Positions 7,053 to 15,963 of a stretch of 40,955 nt of DNA are shown one piece after another. Each line of letters begins with the position of its first letter. Position 1 is the first letter of the stretch. A program made the translations under genes and the position numbers. The DNA comes from Erysipelotrichaceae bacterium (GTDB lineage: Bacteria > Bacillota_I > Bacilli_A > Erysipelotrichales > Erysipelotrichaceae). Location of the stretch: the NCBI GenBank assembly GCA_017560205.1, contig JAFYOL010000025.1, forward strand, positions 1 through 40,955, read 5' to 3'. The notes under the pieces are model-generated. The model did not search any database, was not told where the DNA came from, and worked only from the letters and a program-made list of their open reading frames with translations.

Positions 7053-7755
7053 AAAGAATGGATTCAAGATAGGTTTTGACTTCTGCAAGAGTTCCTTTGA
7101 ACAGACATTCAATGGAATCTGCATCACCTTTTACAGTGTCTGTGACCAGAATCATTGGAATACCGACCAATGTAGCAGCAAAGTCTTCTTTTGCGTCATT
7201 TCCAATCATAATGACTTCTTCTGGCTGAAGTTTGCATTTTTCAAGAATTTCCTTGTAATACAAAGGATTTGGCTTGCATGCATGAGAATCTTCATAGGTC
7301 GTGATCAGTTCAAAGTCTTCAATGTCTAAACCTGCCCACTTTGTACGCTGATAGGTCGCCATATGAGGGAAAACAGGATTTGTAGCCAGAACTGTACGAA
7401 TGTTTTTTTCTTTGCACAGATCAATGATTTCCTTTGCGACAGGAGTAAATCCACATGCCTGTTTTGCGTGAATGAAATCGTTGGCATAATATTCATTGAA
7501 CATAGGAACAAATGGCTCATGATACTTGCCCATGTAACCATCAAATGCTTCCCAGAAAACTTCTTCATTGGTTCTTTCACCAGTGTTTTTAAACATGGCT
7601 TTAAGACCTAAAAGAATACCGTTAGGCAGTTTTTCTGCAGAAAGCTCAGATCCTACAAATTTCTTGGCCATATTGCCAATATAGAATTTAACAAACAGAT
7701 CTTCATCCATTAGGAGAAGAGTACCGTCCAAGTCGAAGAAAATAGCTTTTACCAT
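7051..7755 (-). CDS. HAD-IA family hydrolase/phosphatase
   Basis: The ORF track gives 7051..7767. I prefer the ATG at 7755 (MVKAIFFDLDGTLL, HAD motif I DxDGT) because GAGG lies 6 nt upstream. An ATGA-overlapping start at 7767 is the alternative. Confidence 0.8.
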   Translation of the reverse strand: MVKAIFFDLDGTLLLMDEDLFVKFYIGNMAKKFVGSELSAEKLPNGILLGLKAMFKNTGERTNEEVFWEAFDGYMGKYHEPFVPMFNEYYANDFIHAKQACGFTPVAKEIIDLCKEKNIRTVLATNPVFPHMATYQRTKWAGLDIEDFELITTYEDSHACKPNPLYYKEILEKCKLQPEEVIMIGNDAKEDFAATLVGIPMILVTDTVKGDADSIECLFKGTLAEVKTYLESIL

Positions 7756-7763
7756 AGTGAACC

Positions 7764-8189
7764 TCATTTTTTAATTGTGTTAAGAGCTTTAGTCAGAGAA
7801 GAAATAAAGATTGTCCCTAAGGCCAAAGAGCCTGCACTGGCTAAAGAAGAAAGACCGATTTGAACAGCATTGTCCAGATTGCCCTGAATAACAGCCAGCA
7901 TCGTACGATACATACCGCCTCCTGGAACCAGGATAATCAAAGCACAGACAATAAATAAAGTAACAGGAGCTTTTAATCTGCGGGCAAGAATTTCACCGTA
8001 GATTGTAAAAGCAGCTGAAGCAGTAAACATCGCAAGCGGTTCACCCAGATTTGCGTTCAGGCACAAACTGTAAATGACATAACCTAAAGCACCGCCAAAT
8101 GCGGCTGCAATCAGTTTTTCACCGCGGATATTGAACATGACCCCAAACCCAAGTGTTGCGATAAATGCACCCAATACAGGAAGAATCAT
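7764..8189 (-). CDS. Threonine/serine exporter family protein, small subunit (ThrE_2 / YjjB-like)
   Basis: Hydrophobic, about 141 aa. The ATG at 8189 overlaps the upstream stop (ATGA) and has a GGGAGGG RBS. The track start at 8216 is probably too long. It pairs with the DUF1212 protein upstream. Confidence 0.75.
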   Translation of the reverse strand: MILPVLGAFIATLGFGVMFNIRGEKLIAAAFGGALGYVIYSLCLNANLGEPLAMFTASAAFTIYGEILARRLKAPVTLFIVCALIILVPGGGMYRTMLAVIQGNLDNAVQIGLSSLASAGSLALGTIFISSLTKALNTIKK

Positions 8190-8959
8190 CCGATAATCCC
8201 TCCCATCCAGATCCAAATCATCATGCCGGTCCCATTTCCAAGGGCAACAGCAACCGCAATCAGAAGTGCTTCAGCACCACGGGCAAGACCTGAAATCAAA
8301 TCACCGGCAATGCTGTCACGAACTGCGTTGGTAATCGCAAGTCCTGGCACCAGCAGCATGAGTGTACCAATGATGACAGTATCTGTAGAAACAACAAGGT
8401 GAAACAAAGAAGCGCTGAATGCCAGAAATGTCAAGGTTGCAGATGAAATCGTAACAGAGAAGAAAGAATTAATCTGCATTTTATTCAATGTCTTATCCAG
8501 TATACGAACAAGAATACCTAAAATAAAAGCGACCAGTGCATCAGTGATGACACCGCCAAAAACCAGGACAAACCCAAAGGCGCTTAATCCTGCAAAAAGA
8601 AGGTCAGTGATATTGGAATAAGGTGTCTCATTGATGATTTCATTCAGTTTCTTTTCAAATTCATGTTCATCCAGTGTACTTGCATCACGGGATAACTGAT
8701 TCAGACGATCAACTTTATGAAGGTTTGTGGAGCGCTGTGGAATACGAGCAATCTTAGTGTAGCTCTTTCCATCCATCATGGCAGTTACATAAATACCTGT
8801 AGGAAGACAGATGCTTTCAGCTTCTTCCATGTGCAGACTTCTGCAGATTCTGCAGATGGTATCTTCAACACGATAAGTCTCAGCACCGCTTTCCAGAAGA
8901 GCTTTTCCAGTACGTGTCGCTAAAGTTAAGATTTTATCGGGATTTGCCACAAGAATCAC
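8186..8959 (-). CDS. Threonine/serine exporter family protein, large subunit (ThrE/DUF1212, YjjP-like)
   Basis: 257 aa. The N-terminus ...ILTLATRTGKALLESGAETYRVEDTICRICRSL... is the typical DUF1212 signature. GTG start with an AAAGGAG RBS. Confidence 0.8.
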   Translation of the reverse strand: MILVANPDKILTLATRTGKALLESGAETYRVEDTICRICRSLHMEEAESICLPTGIYVTAMMDGKSYTKIARIPQRSTNLHKVDRLNQLSRDASTLDEHEFEKKLNEIINETPYSNITDLLFAGLSAFGFVLVFGGVITDALVAFILGILVRILDKTLNKMQINSFFSVTISSATLTFLAFSASLFHLVVSTDTVIIGTLMLLVPGLAITNAVRDSIAGDLISGLARGAEALLIAVAVALGNGTGMMIWIWMGGIIG

Positions 8960-8993
8960 TCCTTTAACTTTATTATTATATCATTCACGTCAT

Positions 8994-9026
8994 AAAAAAA
9001 GAAGAATTCTCCTGTGAGAATTCTTC
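8994..9026 (-). terminator. Intrinsic terminator downstream of the PPIase gene
   Basis: GAAGAATTCTC-CTGT-GAGAATTCTTC forms an 11-bp stem, followed on the minus strand by TTTTTTT. Confidence 0.85.
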
Positions 9027-9033
9027 ACTGAAC

Positions 9034-9474
9034 TTATTTTTCCGTGATTTCAACTTTGACCATTCTGTCGCCATTGCGCATGTTGCGAACAGCACCCATG
9101 TTGTCAGTCACCATACCGAAAACAGTATGTACACCATCCAGATGAGGCTGTGGATCATGAACGATGAAGAACTGGCAGCAGCCTGTGTTTCTTCCTCTGT
9201 GAGCCATAGACAGAGCACCTGGTACATGGCGATGTGGATTTCCCTTTGTTTCACATGGGATAGTATAACCTAAATCACCAGCACCTGTTCCATAAGGGCA
9301 TCCACCCTGAGAAACGAAGTGAGGAATAACACGATGGAAAGTCTTTCCATTGTAGTAACCTTTTTCAATCAGTGTAACAAAGTTTTCAACTGTAATTGGT
9401 GCAGATTCTGGATACAGATCAAATGGAATTTCAGCACCATTTTCCATTGTGATTTTACCTTTAATAATTTTCAT
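9034..9474 (-). CDS. ppiB: Peptidyl-prolyl cis-trans isomerase, cyclophilin type
   Basis: 146 aa. It carries FHRVIPHFVSQGGCPYGTGAGDLGYTIPCE and SMAHRG...QFFIV cyclophilin motifs. Confidence 0.85.
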   Translation of the reverse strand: MKIIKGKITMENGAEIPFDLYPESAPITVENFVTLIEKGYYNGKTFHRVIPHFVSQGGCPYGTGAGDLGYTIPCETKGNPHRHVPGALSMAHRGRNTGCCQFFIVHDPQPHLDGVHTVFGMVTDNMGAVRNMRNGDRMVKVEITEK

Positions 9475-9566
9475 AGTTTTGTCTCCTTATCGTTGATATT
9501 ATAGCTTAAGTTGAAGTGTAACTTCAAGAATCTATGATATAATAAGGAACACAAAGAGGTGCACTT

Positions 9567-10355
9567 ATGAATTATCGTTGTCCAGTCTGTCAGAAAACAT
9601 TGAAATTAAAAGAAAGAACACTAGTCTGTGACAACAGACATTCTTTTGATCTGGCTAAATCCGGTTATGTGAATCTGTGCCGTAATTTTAAGCCGACTCA
9701 AGGTGACAACAAGGAAATGGTTCAGTCCAGAACTGCATTCCTTGAAAAGGGATATTATCACGCTTTGGCAGATGAAATGGTCAAAATTGTATCGGAAATG
9801 AATCCTGCAGTGCTTTTTGATTGTGCCTGTGGACAGGGTTATTACACAAGACAGATGAAGGAAGCAACAACAGGGGAAGTGCACGCTTTTGATATGTCCA
9901 GAGAAGCAATTCTGCACGCATCAAAGAAGGATAAGGCTTCTTCTTATGTGATTGCATCAATTTTTGATCTGCCTGCATTCAATCAAAGTGTCGATTGCAT
10001 CACAGTCTTGTTTGCACCGACGGCAACTGAAGAATTTCATCGTGTATTAAAACAGGATGGTGTTTTGATTACAGTAGGGCCAGGTGAAGATCATCTGTTT
10101 GAATTGAAAGCTGCAGTTTATGATCAGCCTTATAAAAATGATGATACTCCAGCTGTACTGGATGGTTTTAAGCTGGTGGAACAGCGTTTTGTGGAGGATG
10201 AAATTCTCGTAGAATGCAATGAAGATATTCAGGCTTTGTTTATGATGACACCTTATACTTATAAAACTTCTGAAAAGGACATGCAGAAATTAAGAGCTTT
10301 GAACACACTGAAAACACGTGTTCATTTCTCAATTTGTGTTTATAAGAAAAAATAA
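9567..10355 (+). CDS. rlmA: 23S rRNA (guanine-N1)-methyltransferase RlmA-like
   Basis: 262 aa. The N-terminal zinc ribbon reads CPVCQKTL...LVCDNRHSFDLAKSGYVNL, followed by a class I SAM motif LFDCACGQGYY. Confidence 0.75.
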   Translation: MNYRCPVCQKTLKLKERTLVCDNRHSFDLAKSGYVNLCRNFKPTQGDNKEMVQSRTAFLEKGYYHALADEMVKIVSEMNPAVLFDCACGQGYYTRQMKEATTGEVHAFDMSREAILHASKKDKASSYVIASIFDLPAFNQSVDCITVLFAPTATEEFHRVLKQDGVLITVGPGEDHLFELKAAVYDQPYKNDDTPAVLDGFKLVEQRFVEDEILVECNEDIQALFMMTPYTYKTSEKDMQKLRALNTLKTRVHFSICVYKKK

Positions 10356-10384
10356 AAAAGTTTGAAAAAATATTTAAAAAAGTG

Positions 10385-10413
10385 TTGACATAAATAATGT
10401 GGTCTGGTATTAT
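10385..10413 (+). promoter_or_regulatory. Promoter of the tRNA array
   Basis: TTGACA (10385..10390), a 17-nt spacer, then TGgTATTAT (extended -10, 10405..10413). It is preceded by an A-rich UP-like tract. Confidence 0.75.
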
Positions 10414-10444
10414 AACTAAGCGCTGAAGAGCGCAAGACAAACGT

Positions 10445-10520
10445 GGAGGTTTAGCTCAGTTGGGAGAGCATCTGCCTTACAAGCAGAGGGTCAGCGGTTC
10501 GAGCCCGTTAACCTCCACCA
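10445..10520 (+). tRNA. tRNA-Val (anticodon TAC)
   Basis: Cloverleaf read by eye. The acceptor stem is GGAGGTT/AACCTCC, the anticodon loop is CTTACAA, and CCA is encoded. Confidence 0.9.
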
Positions 10521-10523
10521 TTT

Positions 10524-10599
10524 GCCGGCTTAGCTCAACTGGTAGAGCAACTGATTTGTAATCAGTAGGTTGTGGGTTCAAGTCCTATAGCCGGCACCA
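10524..10599 (+). tRNA. tRNA-Thr (anticodon TGT)
   Basis: The acceptor stem is GCCGGCT/AGCCGGC, the anticodon stem-loop is ACTGA-TTTGTAA-TCAGT, and CCA is encoded. Confidence 0.9.
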
Positions 10600-10606
10600 T
10601 GTGTAT

Positions 10607-10690
10607 GGAGAGGTAGCGAAGTGGCTAAACGCGGTTGACTGTAACTCAATTCCTTCGGGTTCGGCAGTTCGAATCTGCCCCTCTCCACCA
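10607..10690 (+). tRNA. tRNA-Tyr (anticodon GTA), long variable arm
   Basis: The acceptor stem is GGAGAGG/CCTCTCC and the anticodon loop is CTGTAAC. It is 84 nt with a long extra arm, and CCA is encoded. Confidence 0.9.
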
Positions 10691-10731
10691 CTTTTTATTT
10701 ATAAGGGCCGGGCAGAGCAATTGATACTTAT

Positions 10732-10806
10732 TGGGGTGTAGCCAAGCGGTAAGGCATCAGACTTTGACTCTGACATTCCCTGGTTCGAATCCAGGTACCC
10801 CAGCCA
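10732..10806 (+). tRNA. tRNA-Gln (anticodon TTG)
   Basis: It begins TGGGGTG with a U1:A72 pair. The anticodon stem-loop is TCAGA-CTTTGAC-TCTGA, and CCA is encoded. Confidence 0.9.
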
Positions 10807-10815
10807 ACTCTAGAT

Positions 10816-10891
10816 GTCCCGGTAGCTCAGGCGGTAGAGCAACTGACTTTTAATCAGTGGGTCGAAGGTTCGATTCCTTTCCGGGACACCA
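10816..10891 (+). tRNA. tRNA-Lys (anticodon TTT)
   Basis: The acceptor stem is GTCCCGG/CCGGGAC, the anticodon loop is CTTTTAA, and CCA is encoded. Confidence 0.9.
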
Positions 10892-10912
10892 CTTCTTATT
10901 AAAATTAAATAT

Positions 10913-10986
10913 GCGGGTGTAGTTCAATGGTAGAACTTCAGCCTTCCAAGCTGACTACGTGAGTTCGATTCTCATCACCCGCTCCA
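10913..10986 (+). tRNA. tRNA-Gly (anticodon TCC)
   Basis: The acceptor stem is GCGGGTG/CACCCGC, the anticodon stem-loop is TCAGC-CTTCCAA-GCTGA, and CCA is encoded. Confidence 0.9.
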
Positions 10987-10996
10987 ATTACCATGT

Positions 10997-11072
10997 GGAG
11001 GTTTAGCTCAGTTGGGAGAGCATCTGCCTTACAAGCAGAGGGTCAGCGGTTCGAGCCCGTTAACCTCCACCA
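10997..11072 (+). tRNA. tRNA-Val (anticodon TAC), second identical copy
   Basis: The sequence is identical to 10445..10520. Confidence 0.9.
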
Positions 11073-11079
11073 TTTATTT

Positions 11080-11155
11080 GCCGGCTTAGCTCAACTGGTA
11101 GAGCAACTGATTTGTAATCAGTAGGTTGTGGGTTCAAGTCCTATAGCCGGCACCA
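11080..11155 (+). tRNA. tRNA-Thr (anticodon TGT), second identical copy
   Basis: The sequence is identical to 10524..10599. The Val-Thr spacer is 7 nt here against 3 nt in the first unit. Confidence 0.9.
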
Positions 11156-11162
11156 CTTAATT

Positions 11163-11236
11163 GCGGGTGTAGTTCAATGGTAGAACTTCAGCCTTCCAAG
11201 CTGACTACGTGAGTTCGATTCTCATCACCCGCTCCA
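11163..11236 (+). tRNA. tRNA-Gly (anticodon TCC), second identical copy
   Basis: The sequence is identical to 10913..10986. Confidence 0.9.
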
Positions 11237-11248
11237 TAAAAATTTACG

Positions 11249-11270
11249 CTGCTGTATGGCAGTTTTTTTT
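11249..11270 (+). terminator. Intrinsic terminator of the tRNA array
   Basis: A short hairpin CTGCT-GTAT-GGCAG is followed by TTTTTTTT (11263..11270). Confidence 0.6.
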
Positions 11271-11291
11271 GTGCTTTGATAAGATAGAAGT

Positions 11292-12635
11292 ATGAAAAGT
11301 AAAAGAGTGTTTATTCAAGAAATTGTATATTTAGCACTTCCTGCAGGGTTTCAACAAGTGATTAATCTGCTTGTAACGTTGATTGATAATCTCATGATTG
11401 GGACATTAGGTGAAGCGAGTATTTCTGCTGTGTCGATCTGTGGTACTTTCATGTGGCTTGTGATTACATTTACCAGTGGACTTGCGGGTGGTGCAGTGAT
11501 TATAGCGGCTCAGGATTATGGCAACAACAATCTTAGTCGTATTAAAAAGCTGATGTCTGTGGTCATGACAATCAGTTTTGGGATTGGTCTTATCTTTTTT
11601 GCGTTGACGACGATGTTTCCTCAACAGATTCTTAAAATCTACAGCAATGTAGATTCAATCCTTGCACCGGGTACAGGATATCTGAATTATATCAAGTACA
11701 GTTTTCCGATTTTATCTTTAAGTACGGGTATTATCATTATGCTTCGTGGTGTACGTTCAGTTAAAGTAGGATTGTATTCTACTATGGTGACTTGCGGATT
11801 CAACGTATTTTTGAACTGGGTGTTTATCTTTGGACATCTTGGTGCTCCTGCAATGGGTGCATCAGGTGCTGCTTTGGCAACAACATTGAGTTATTTTATT
11901 CAGTTGATTGTGGTTTTGTGTTATTTGTTTGTGTTTGAGAAAAATCTTCAGTTTAAAATCCATGAATTTCGTCCTTGGATTAACAAAGATCTGTTTATCA
12001 AATTCATGCAGGTTTCATTGCCTCTGTTGGTGATTGACTTGATGTACAACTTTTCAAGTTCTGCACAGACGATGATTACTGGGCGTATTTCTGAGAATTA
12101 TGTTACAGCCAATTCAATCGTGCATATGGCATGGCAGATTCCTCATGTGTTTGGGCAAGGTGTTGCCATGGCTGCAAGTATCATTATAGGTAATGCGATT
12201 GGTGCTAAAAATATTGAGGGTGCCAAGCAGGACAGCAGACGTTTTGTGGTGCTGAGTTTGATGTTTGGCCTGTTTATGGCAGTTTCACTTCAGTTTATCC
12301 TGCCAGTTCTGATTAATTTCTATCATGTCAGTGATGCAACGAAAGTTCTTGCCAGAGAAATGGGATATGCGGCATCTATCGTGGTCTTCTTTATGACAAT
12401 GTGCAACATTCTGTCCAACGGAGTTATCAAAAGCGGAGGATACACAGATCGTCTTCTGAAAATCGATGCTGTCTCAATCTGGCTGGTAGCGATTCCTCTT
12501 GGATTTGTTGGGGCATTTGTGCTGAACTGGAGTGCTCCTGTACTTTATCTTGTCTTAAGAAGCGGAAATATCATTAAGGCATTCTGGTCTTTGTCTGTGT
12601 TGAAAAAAGGCAACTGGATCAAAGATTTAACCTAG
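11292..12635 (+). CDS. MATE family efflux transporter
   Basis: 447 aa with about 12 predicted TM segments. The N-terminus ...LALPAGFQQVINLLVTLIDNLMIGTLGEASISAVSI... is the typical MatE repeat. Confidence 0.85.
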   Translation: MKSKRVFIQEIVYLALPAGFQQVINLLVTLIDNLMIGTLGEASISAVSICGTFMWLVITFTSGLAGGAVIIAAQDYGNNNLSRIKKLMSVVMTISFGIGLIFFALTTMFPQQILKIYSNVDSILAPGTGYLNYIKYSFPILSLSTGIIIMLRGVRSVKVGLYSTMVTCGFNVFLNWVFIFGHLGAPAMGASGAALATTLSYFIQLIVVLCYLFVFEKNLQFKIHEFRPWINKDLFIKFMQVSLPLLVIDLMYNFSSSAQTMITGRISENYVTANSIVHMAWQIPHVFGQGVAMAASIIIGNAIGAKNIEGAKQDSRRFVVLSLMFGLFMAVSLQFILPVLINFYHVSDATKVLAREMGYAASIVVFFMTMCNILSNGVIKSGGYTDRLLKIDAVSIWLVAIPLGFVGAFVLNWSAPVLYLVLRSGNIIKAFWSLSVLKKGNWIKDLT

Positions 12636-12647
12636 AAGGTGGACAAT

Positions 12648-13466
12648 ATGAAAGCAGTATTTTTTGATTTGGATGGTACGCTTTTGAATTCAGAAAAGAA
12701 AATTTCTGAATGTTCAAAAGAAGCGTTAATAAAATGCCGAGAAAATGGAACTCAGGTCTATATCGCAACAGCTCGACCTAGAACATTGCACAAGATGCTT
12801 CCTGAATGGACATTGGAAACATTTGATCTGTTTGATGGGGGTATCTATTGCAACGGGGCGTGTCGAGTGATTCATGGTGCAGCAGATTATACATTTATAG
12901 ATTCTGATGCAGTTCATCAAGTGATTCAAACTGTTGATTCCTATCCGGATATTCATCTTGTTCTGCAGATGAAAGATGAAGTGCATGCGTTTAATTATGA
13001 ATTTGATGAAACTCACATTGAAGAATGGGGGCTGCAGGAACGTAAAATCGTGGAACTGGACGAATCCTGTGAACATCAGACAGTTAAAATCATGATTTAT
13101 ACACACAACATGGTCAATCGTGTAGGACAGCTTCCAATTGAATTGTATGAAGAACTGAAAGATAAGATTTCAGATAAGGCGAATCTTTATCTGACGGATT
13201 TTGGTGAAGTCATCATGGTTGTCCCTAATCAGATTTCCAAGTATTCTGCGATTGTTGAAGTGTGTGAAAAAGAAGGTTTTAAACTGGATGAAATTGCCGT
13301 CTTTGGTGATGATATGAATGACATGGAAATGCTGAGTTCAATTCAGCACAGCATTGCGATGGGCAATGGTGTAGATGAAGTGAAGTGTGTGGCAAGTCAT
13401 GTGACTCTCTCCAATGATGATGAAGGTATTGTCTACGGATTAAAAGAAATATTAAAGGTTATTTAA
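12648..13466 (+). CDS. Cof-type HAD-IIB phosphatase
   Basis: MKAVFFDLDGTLLNSEKKIS is motif I and ...FGDDMNDMEML... is motif IV. The ATG at 12648 has a GAAGGTGG RBS. The track start at 12639 is a less likely GTG. Confidence 0.85.
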   Translation: MKAVFFDLDGTLLNSEKKISECSKEALIKCRENGTQVYIATARPRTLHKMLPEWTLETFDLFDGGIYCNGACRVIHGAADYTFIDSDAVHQVIQTVDSYPDIHLVLQMKDEVHAFNYEFDETHIEEWGLQERKIVELDESCEHQTVKIMIYTHNMVNRVGQLPIELYEELKDKISDKANLYLTDFGEVIMVVPNQISKYSAIVEVCEKEGFKLDEIAVFGDDMNDMEMLSSIQHSIAMGNGVDEVKCVASHVTLSNDDEGIVYGLKEILKVI

Positions 13467-13495
13467 AAAGGTTATCGAATGATAACCTTTATTTT
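13467..13495. terminator. Bidirectional intrinsic terminator
   Basis: AAAGGTTATC-GAAT-GATAACCTTT forms a 10-bp stem with flanking A and T runs. It sits between convergent genes. Confidence 0.8.
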
Positions 13496-14268
13496 GTGTA
13501 GTAGTTATAAACTAAGCGTCCAATCTTGCCTGCAAGTGCACGGTTGCCATCAATATCCTGACAATCCCAGGCAGAAACACCAAAATAGAAACTGATATCA
13601 CCTAGTGTCATGATACCGCAGTCATGAACCAGATAGTCGAGTCCTCCTGTTTTATGGGCAAATGGAGTTCTGTATGGAATGTATCGCATAATCAAATCTT
13701 TTGCCCTCTGGTTGTATAGAATATCCATAGCTTTATCACAGAGTTCATCGTTGAGAATTTCATGGTTGAACAGTTTCACATAGATGGACATCTGGTCCTG
13801 ATGAGAGGTGTAGTTGTTTTTACCGCTTTTTACTGCTTCAAAGTCCAGCATGATGCGTTCTACTTTGGTTTTGTTTAAATGGAGTTCATTTTTAATGTAA
13901 TCATTGATTTTGTCCATGGTTAAGACACGAATCAGTACATTGGTAGCTGTATTATCCGATGAAATGATCATCCAGCTGATCAGCTCTTCTAAAGAATATT
14001 GGTCAGGTCCATGTTCAAAGACTTCTGTATCAGAGAGAATGTCTTCTTTTTCAACTTGAATCATCTGATCAAGTTTCATGTTGCCTTGATGTACTTCTTC
14101 AAGTGCACAGCACATGATTGGGACTTTGATGGTAGATGCAGATACCATCTGAAGATCACTGTCTTTTTCAAAGACAGGAGTGTCCTGATTTAAGATATGA
14201 ATTAAAACTGAGGTCTTGTCTTGTGTTTCGCTGAGAATCTGATTGATTTGAGAAATAAGCTGTTTCAT
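13489..14268 (-). CDS. Class A beta-lactamase-related serine hydrolase (no signal peptide)
   Basis: 259 aa. It carries SASTIK (SxxK), SSDN (SDN) and HKTGG (KTG) motifs. The N-terminus is hydrophilic and lacks a secretion signal, so this is probably not a secreted beta-lactamase. Confidence 0.7.
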   Translation of the reverse strand: MKQLISQINQILSETQDKTSVLIHILNQDTPVFEKDSDLQMVSASTIKVPIMCCALEEVHQGNMKLDQMIQVEKEDILSDTEVFEHGPDQYSLEELISWMIISSDNTATNVLIRVLTMDKINDYIKNELHLNKTKVERIMLDFEAVKSGKNNYTSHQDQMSIYVKLFNHEILNDELCDKAMDILYNQRAKDLIMRYIPYRTPFAHKTGGLDYLVHDCGIMTLGDISFYFGVSAWDCQDIDGNRALAGKIGRLVYNYYTK

Positions 14269-14393
14269 AAGCGTCTCCTTGAATTATGTTTATTATAACG
14301 CAACTGATGAAATGTGTTAAGTTTTGGGAAGGGTTCAAAGTGATTCTTTTTTTACAGGGATAGTGATATAATAAGTACACTGAATCAGAAAGG

Positions 14394-14840
14394 ATGAATT
14401 TGATGTTTCAGGTATTTAATCAACATGCTTTGACACGTAATCAGAGATTTTTGCGTGCTTTGTTTTTTGGGACATTGGCTTCCATTGGATTGTGTATTGC
14501 GTATGGCTTGATTTCAAGTCTTTTAAGTATTGAGTTTTCATATGCTTTTGTAGGGATTGGTTATCTGATTGGGATGACAATTCAGAAAATGGGCAGAGGG
14601 GTGCAGGTGAAGTTTTCAGTTCTGGCTGCTGTGTTGGCTGTACTGACTTTTGTGTTTGCGGACCTGATTGCCTGGTTTGGATTTGGAGTGTTTTCATCAC
14701 CTGAATATTTTGTGTTTGGTCTGAAGGCCTGGGGAAGTCTTATGCTGGATTTTTCATCAGGGGGTATTTCAGGTTTGATTTCACTGCTTTTCCGTGGTTT
14801 TGGTGTGATTGCAGCGTACCAGAGTGCGCGTATTGTATAG
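14394..14840 (+). CDS. Hypothetical membrane protein
   Basis: 148 aa with 4-5 predicted TM segments. The alternative ATG at 14403 has better spacing to AAAGGA. This is the first gene of a tightly packed five-gene same-strand cluster. Confidence 0.6.
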   Translation: MNLMFQVFNQHALTRNQRFLRALFFGTLASIGLCIAYGLISSLLSIEFSYAFVGIGYLIGMTIQKMGRGVQVKFSVLAAVLAVLTFVFADLIAWFGFGVFSSPEYFVFGLKAWGSLMLDFSSGGISGLISLLFRGFGVIAAYQSARIV

Positions 14841-14847
14841 GTGAACT

Positions 14848-15963
14848 ATGTATCGTAACAGTTGGATAGAAATTGATGTAGATGCGTTAAGAGACAATGT
14901 GAAGACATTGAAGGCGCAGACACAGAAGAAGTTTATTGCGGTTATTAAGGCTAATGGCTATGGCAATGGGGATGTAGCGATTGCGAAAGTATGTGTTGAA
15001 TCTGGCGCTGATATGCTGGCAGTTTCATCACTTGATGAAGCATTGTCAATTCGTCATGCCGGAATTGATGCAGAACTTCTGATTTTAGGTTATGTAGATC
15101 CAATGCATTTAGGGGTCTGTGTGAATGAGAATATTACAGTGACTGCTGTGTCTTTGGATTGGGTCAAGATGGCACTTCAGCAGGAGTGTTCTGGACTTAA
15201 AGTGCATCTTAAAGTGGATACAGGAATGAATCGTATTGGATTTAAGAGTGCACAGGAATTAAAACAGGGGATTGAACTGTTGAAGAAGGGTCATGTTCAG
15301 ATGAGTGGTATTTTTACTCATTTTGCATGTTCTGATGATGCAGAACATCTGATGACAGATTGTCAGATGGAACTGTTTAAGCGAATTGCAACTTCCTTGA
15401 ATCATGAGTTTGAATGGATTCATTGCAGCAACTCAGATGCAACTGTAAGTTATCAGGAGTCTTTCAGCAATGCAGTGCGTTGTGGTCTGGCTATGTTTGG
15501 GACAACGTCATATAAGACAGAATTGAAGCCTGTGATGTCTTTGTACACAAAGATTATTCATGTCAAGAAAGTACCTGCAGGACAGACTGTGGGTTATGGT
15601 GCAACCTACACCACGAAGGAAGATGAAATCATTGCGACTGTACCTATCGGATATGCAGATGGCTGGATTAGAAAACATCAGGGCAGAAAAGCGTATGTGA
15701 ATGGTCATGAAGCGGAGTTTGTAGGTCGTATCTGTATGGATCAGGCAATGCTTCGTTTAAAACATTGGGAAGATGTTGGAACTGTGGTTGAATTGATTGG
15801 AGATCACATTTCACTGTGTCGTGTAGCACAGGAACTTGAGACAATTCCTTATGAAGTCATGACTTTATTGTCTGACCGTCTGACGAAGGTTTATAAGCGT
15901 TCAGGAAGCTATTCAGATGCCTTTACGCCTCGTTTTGAAAAGGTAGAAGAGCTGGATGTCTAG
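14848..15963 (+). CDS. alr: Alanine racemase
   Basis: 371 aa. AVIKANGYGNG is the PLP-lysine motif. MNRIG and the VGYGATY region are also present. Confidence 0.9.
   Translation: MYRNSWIEIDVDALRDNVKTLKAQTQKKFIAVIKANGYGNGDVAIAKVCVESGADMLAVSSLDEALSIRHAGIDAELLILGYVDPMHLGVCVNENITVTAVSLDWVKMALQQECSGLKVHLKVDTGMNRIGFKSAQELKQGIELLKKGHVQMSGIFTHFACSDDAEHLMTDCQMELFKRIATSLNHEFEWIHCSNSDATVSYQESFSNAVRCGLAMFGTTSYKTELKPVMSLYTKIIHVKKVPAGQTVGYGATYTTKEDEIIATVPIGYADGWIRKHQGRKAYVNGHEAEFVGRICMDQAMLRLKHWEDVGTVVELIGDHISLCRVAQELETIPYEVMTLLSDRLTKVYKRSGSYSDAFTPRFEKVEELDV

Noticed and set aside
6833-7127. ORF-track entries 6833..7054 (plus strand) and 6912..7127 (minus strand).
   Set aside because: They run through the tRNA-like gene, its promoter and two terminators. 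The region is better explained as non-coding.
6916-7270. The possibility that the GGGG.../...GCTCCACCA ends with G3:U70 belong to a tmRNA (ssrA).
   Set aside because: The 5' and 3' acceptor halves are only 71 nt apart and pair with each other. Extending upstream to tmRNA length would run into the promoter, the terminator and the HAD gene. No tag reading frame is visible.
10691-10731. The 41-nt spacer between tRNA-Tyr and tRNA-Gln as a possible additional small RNA or degraded tRNA.
   Set aside because: It is too short, and I could not fold any tRNA arm or stable hairpin. It is most simply a processing spacer.
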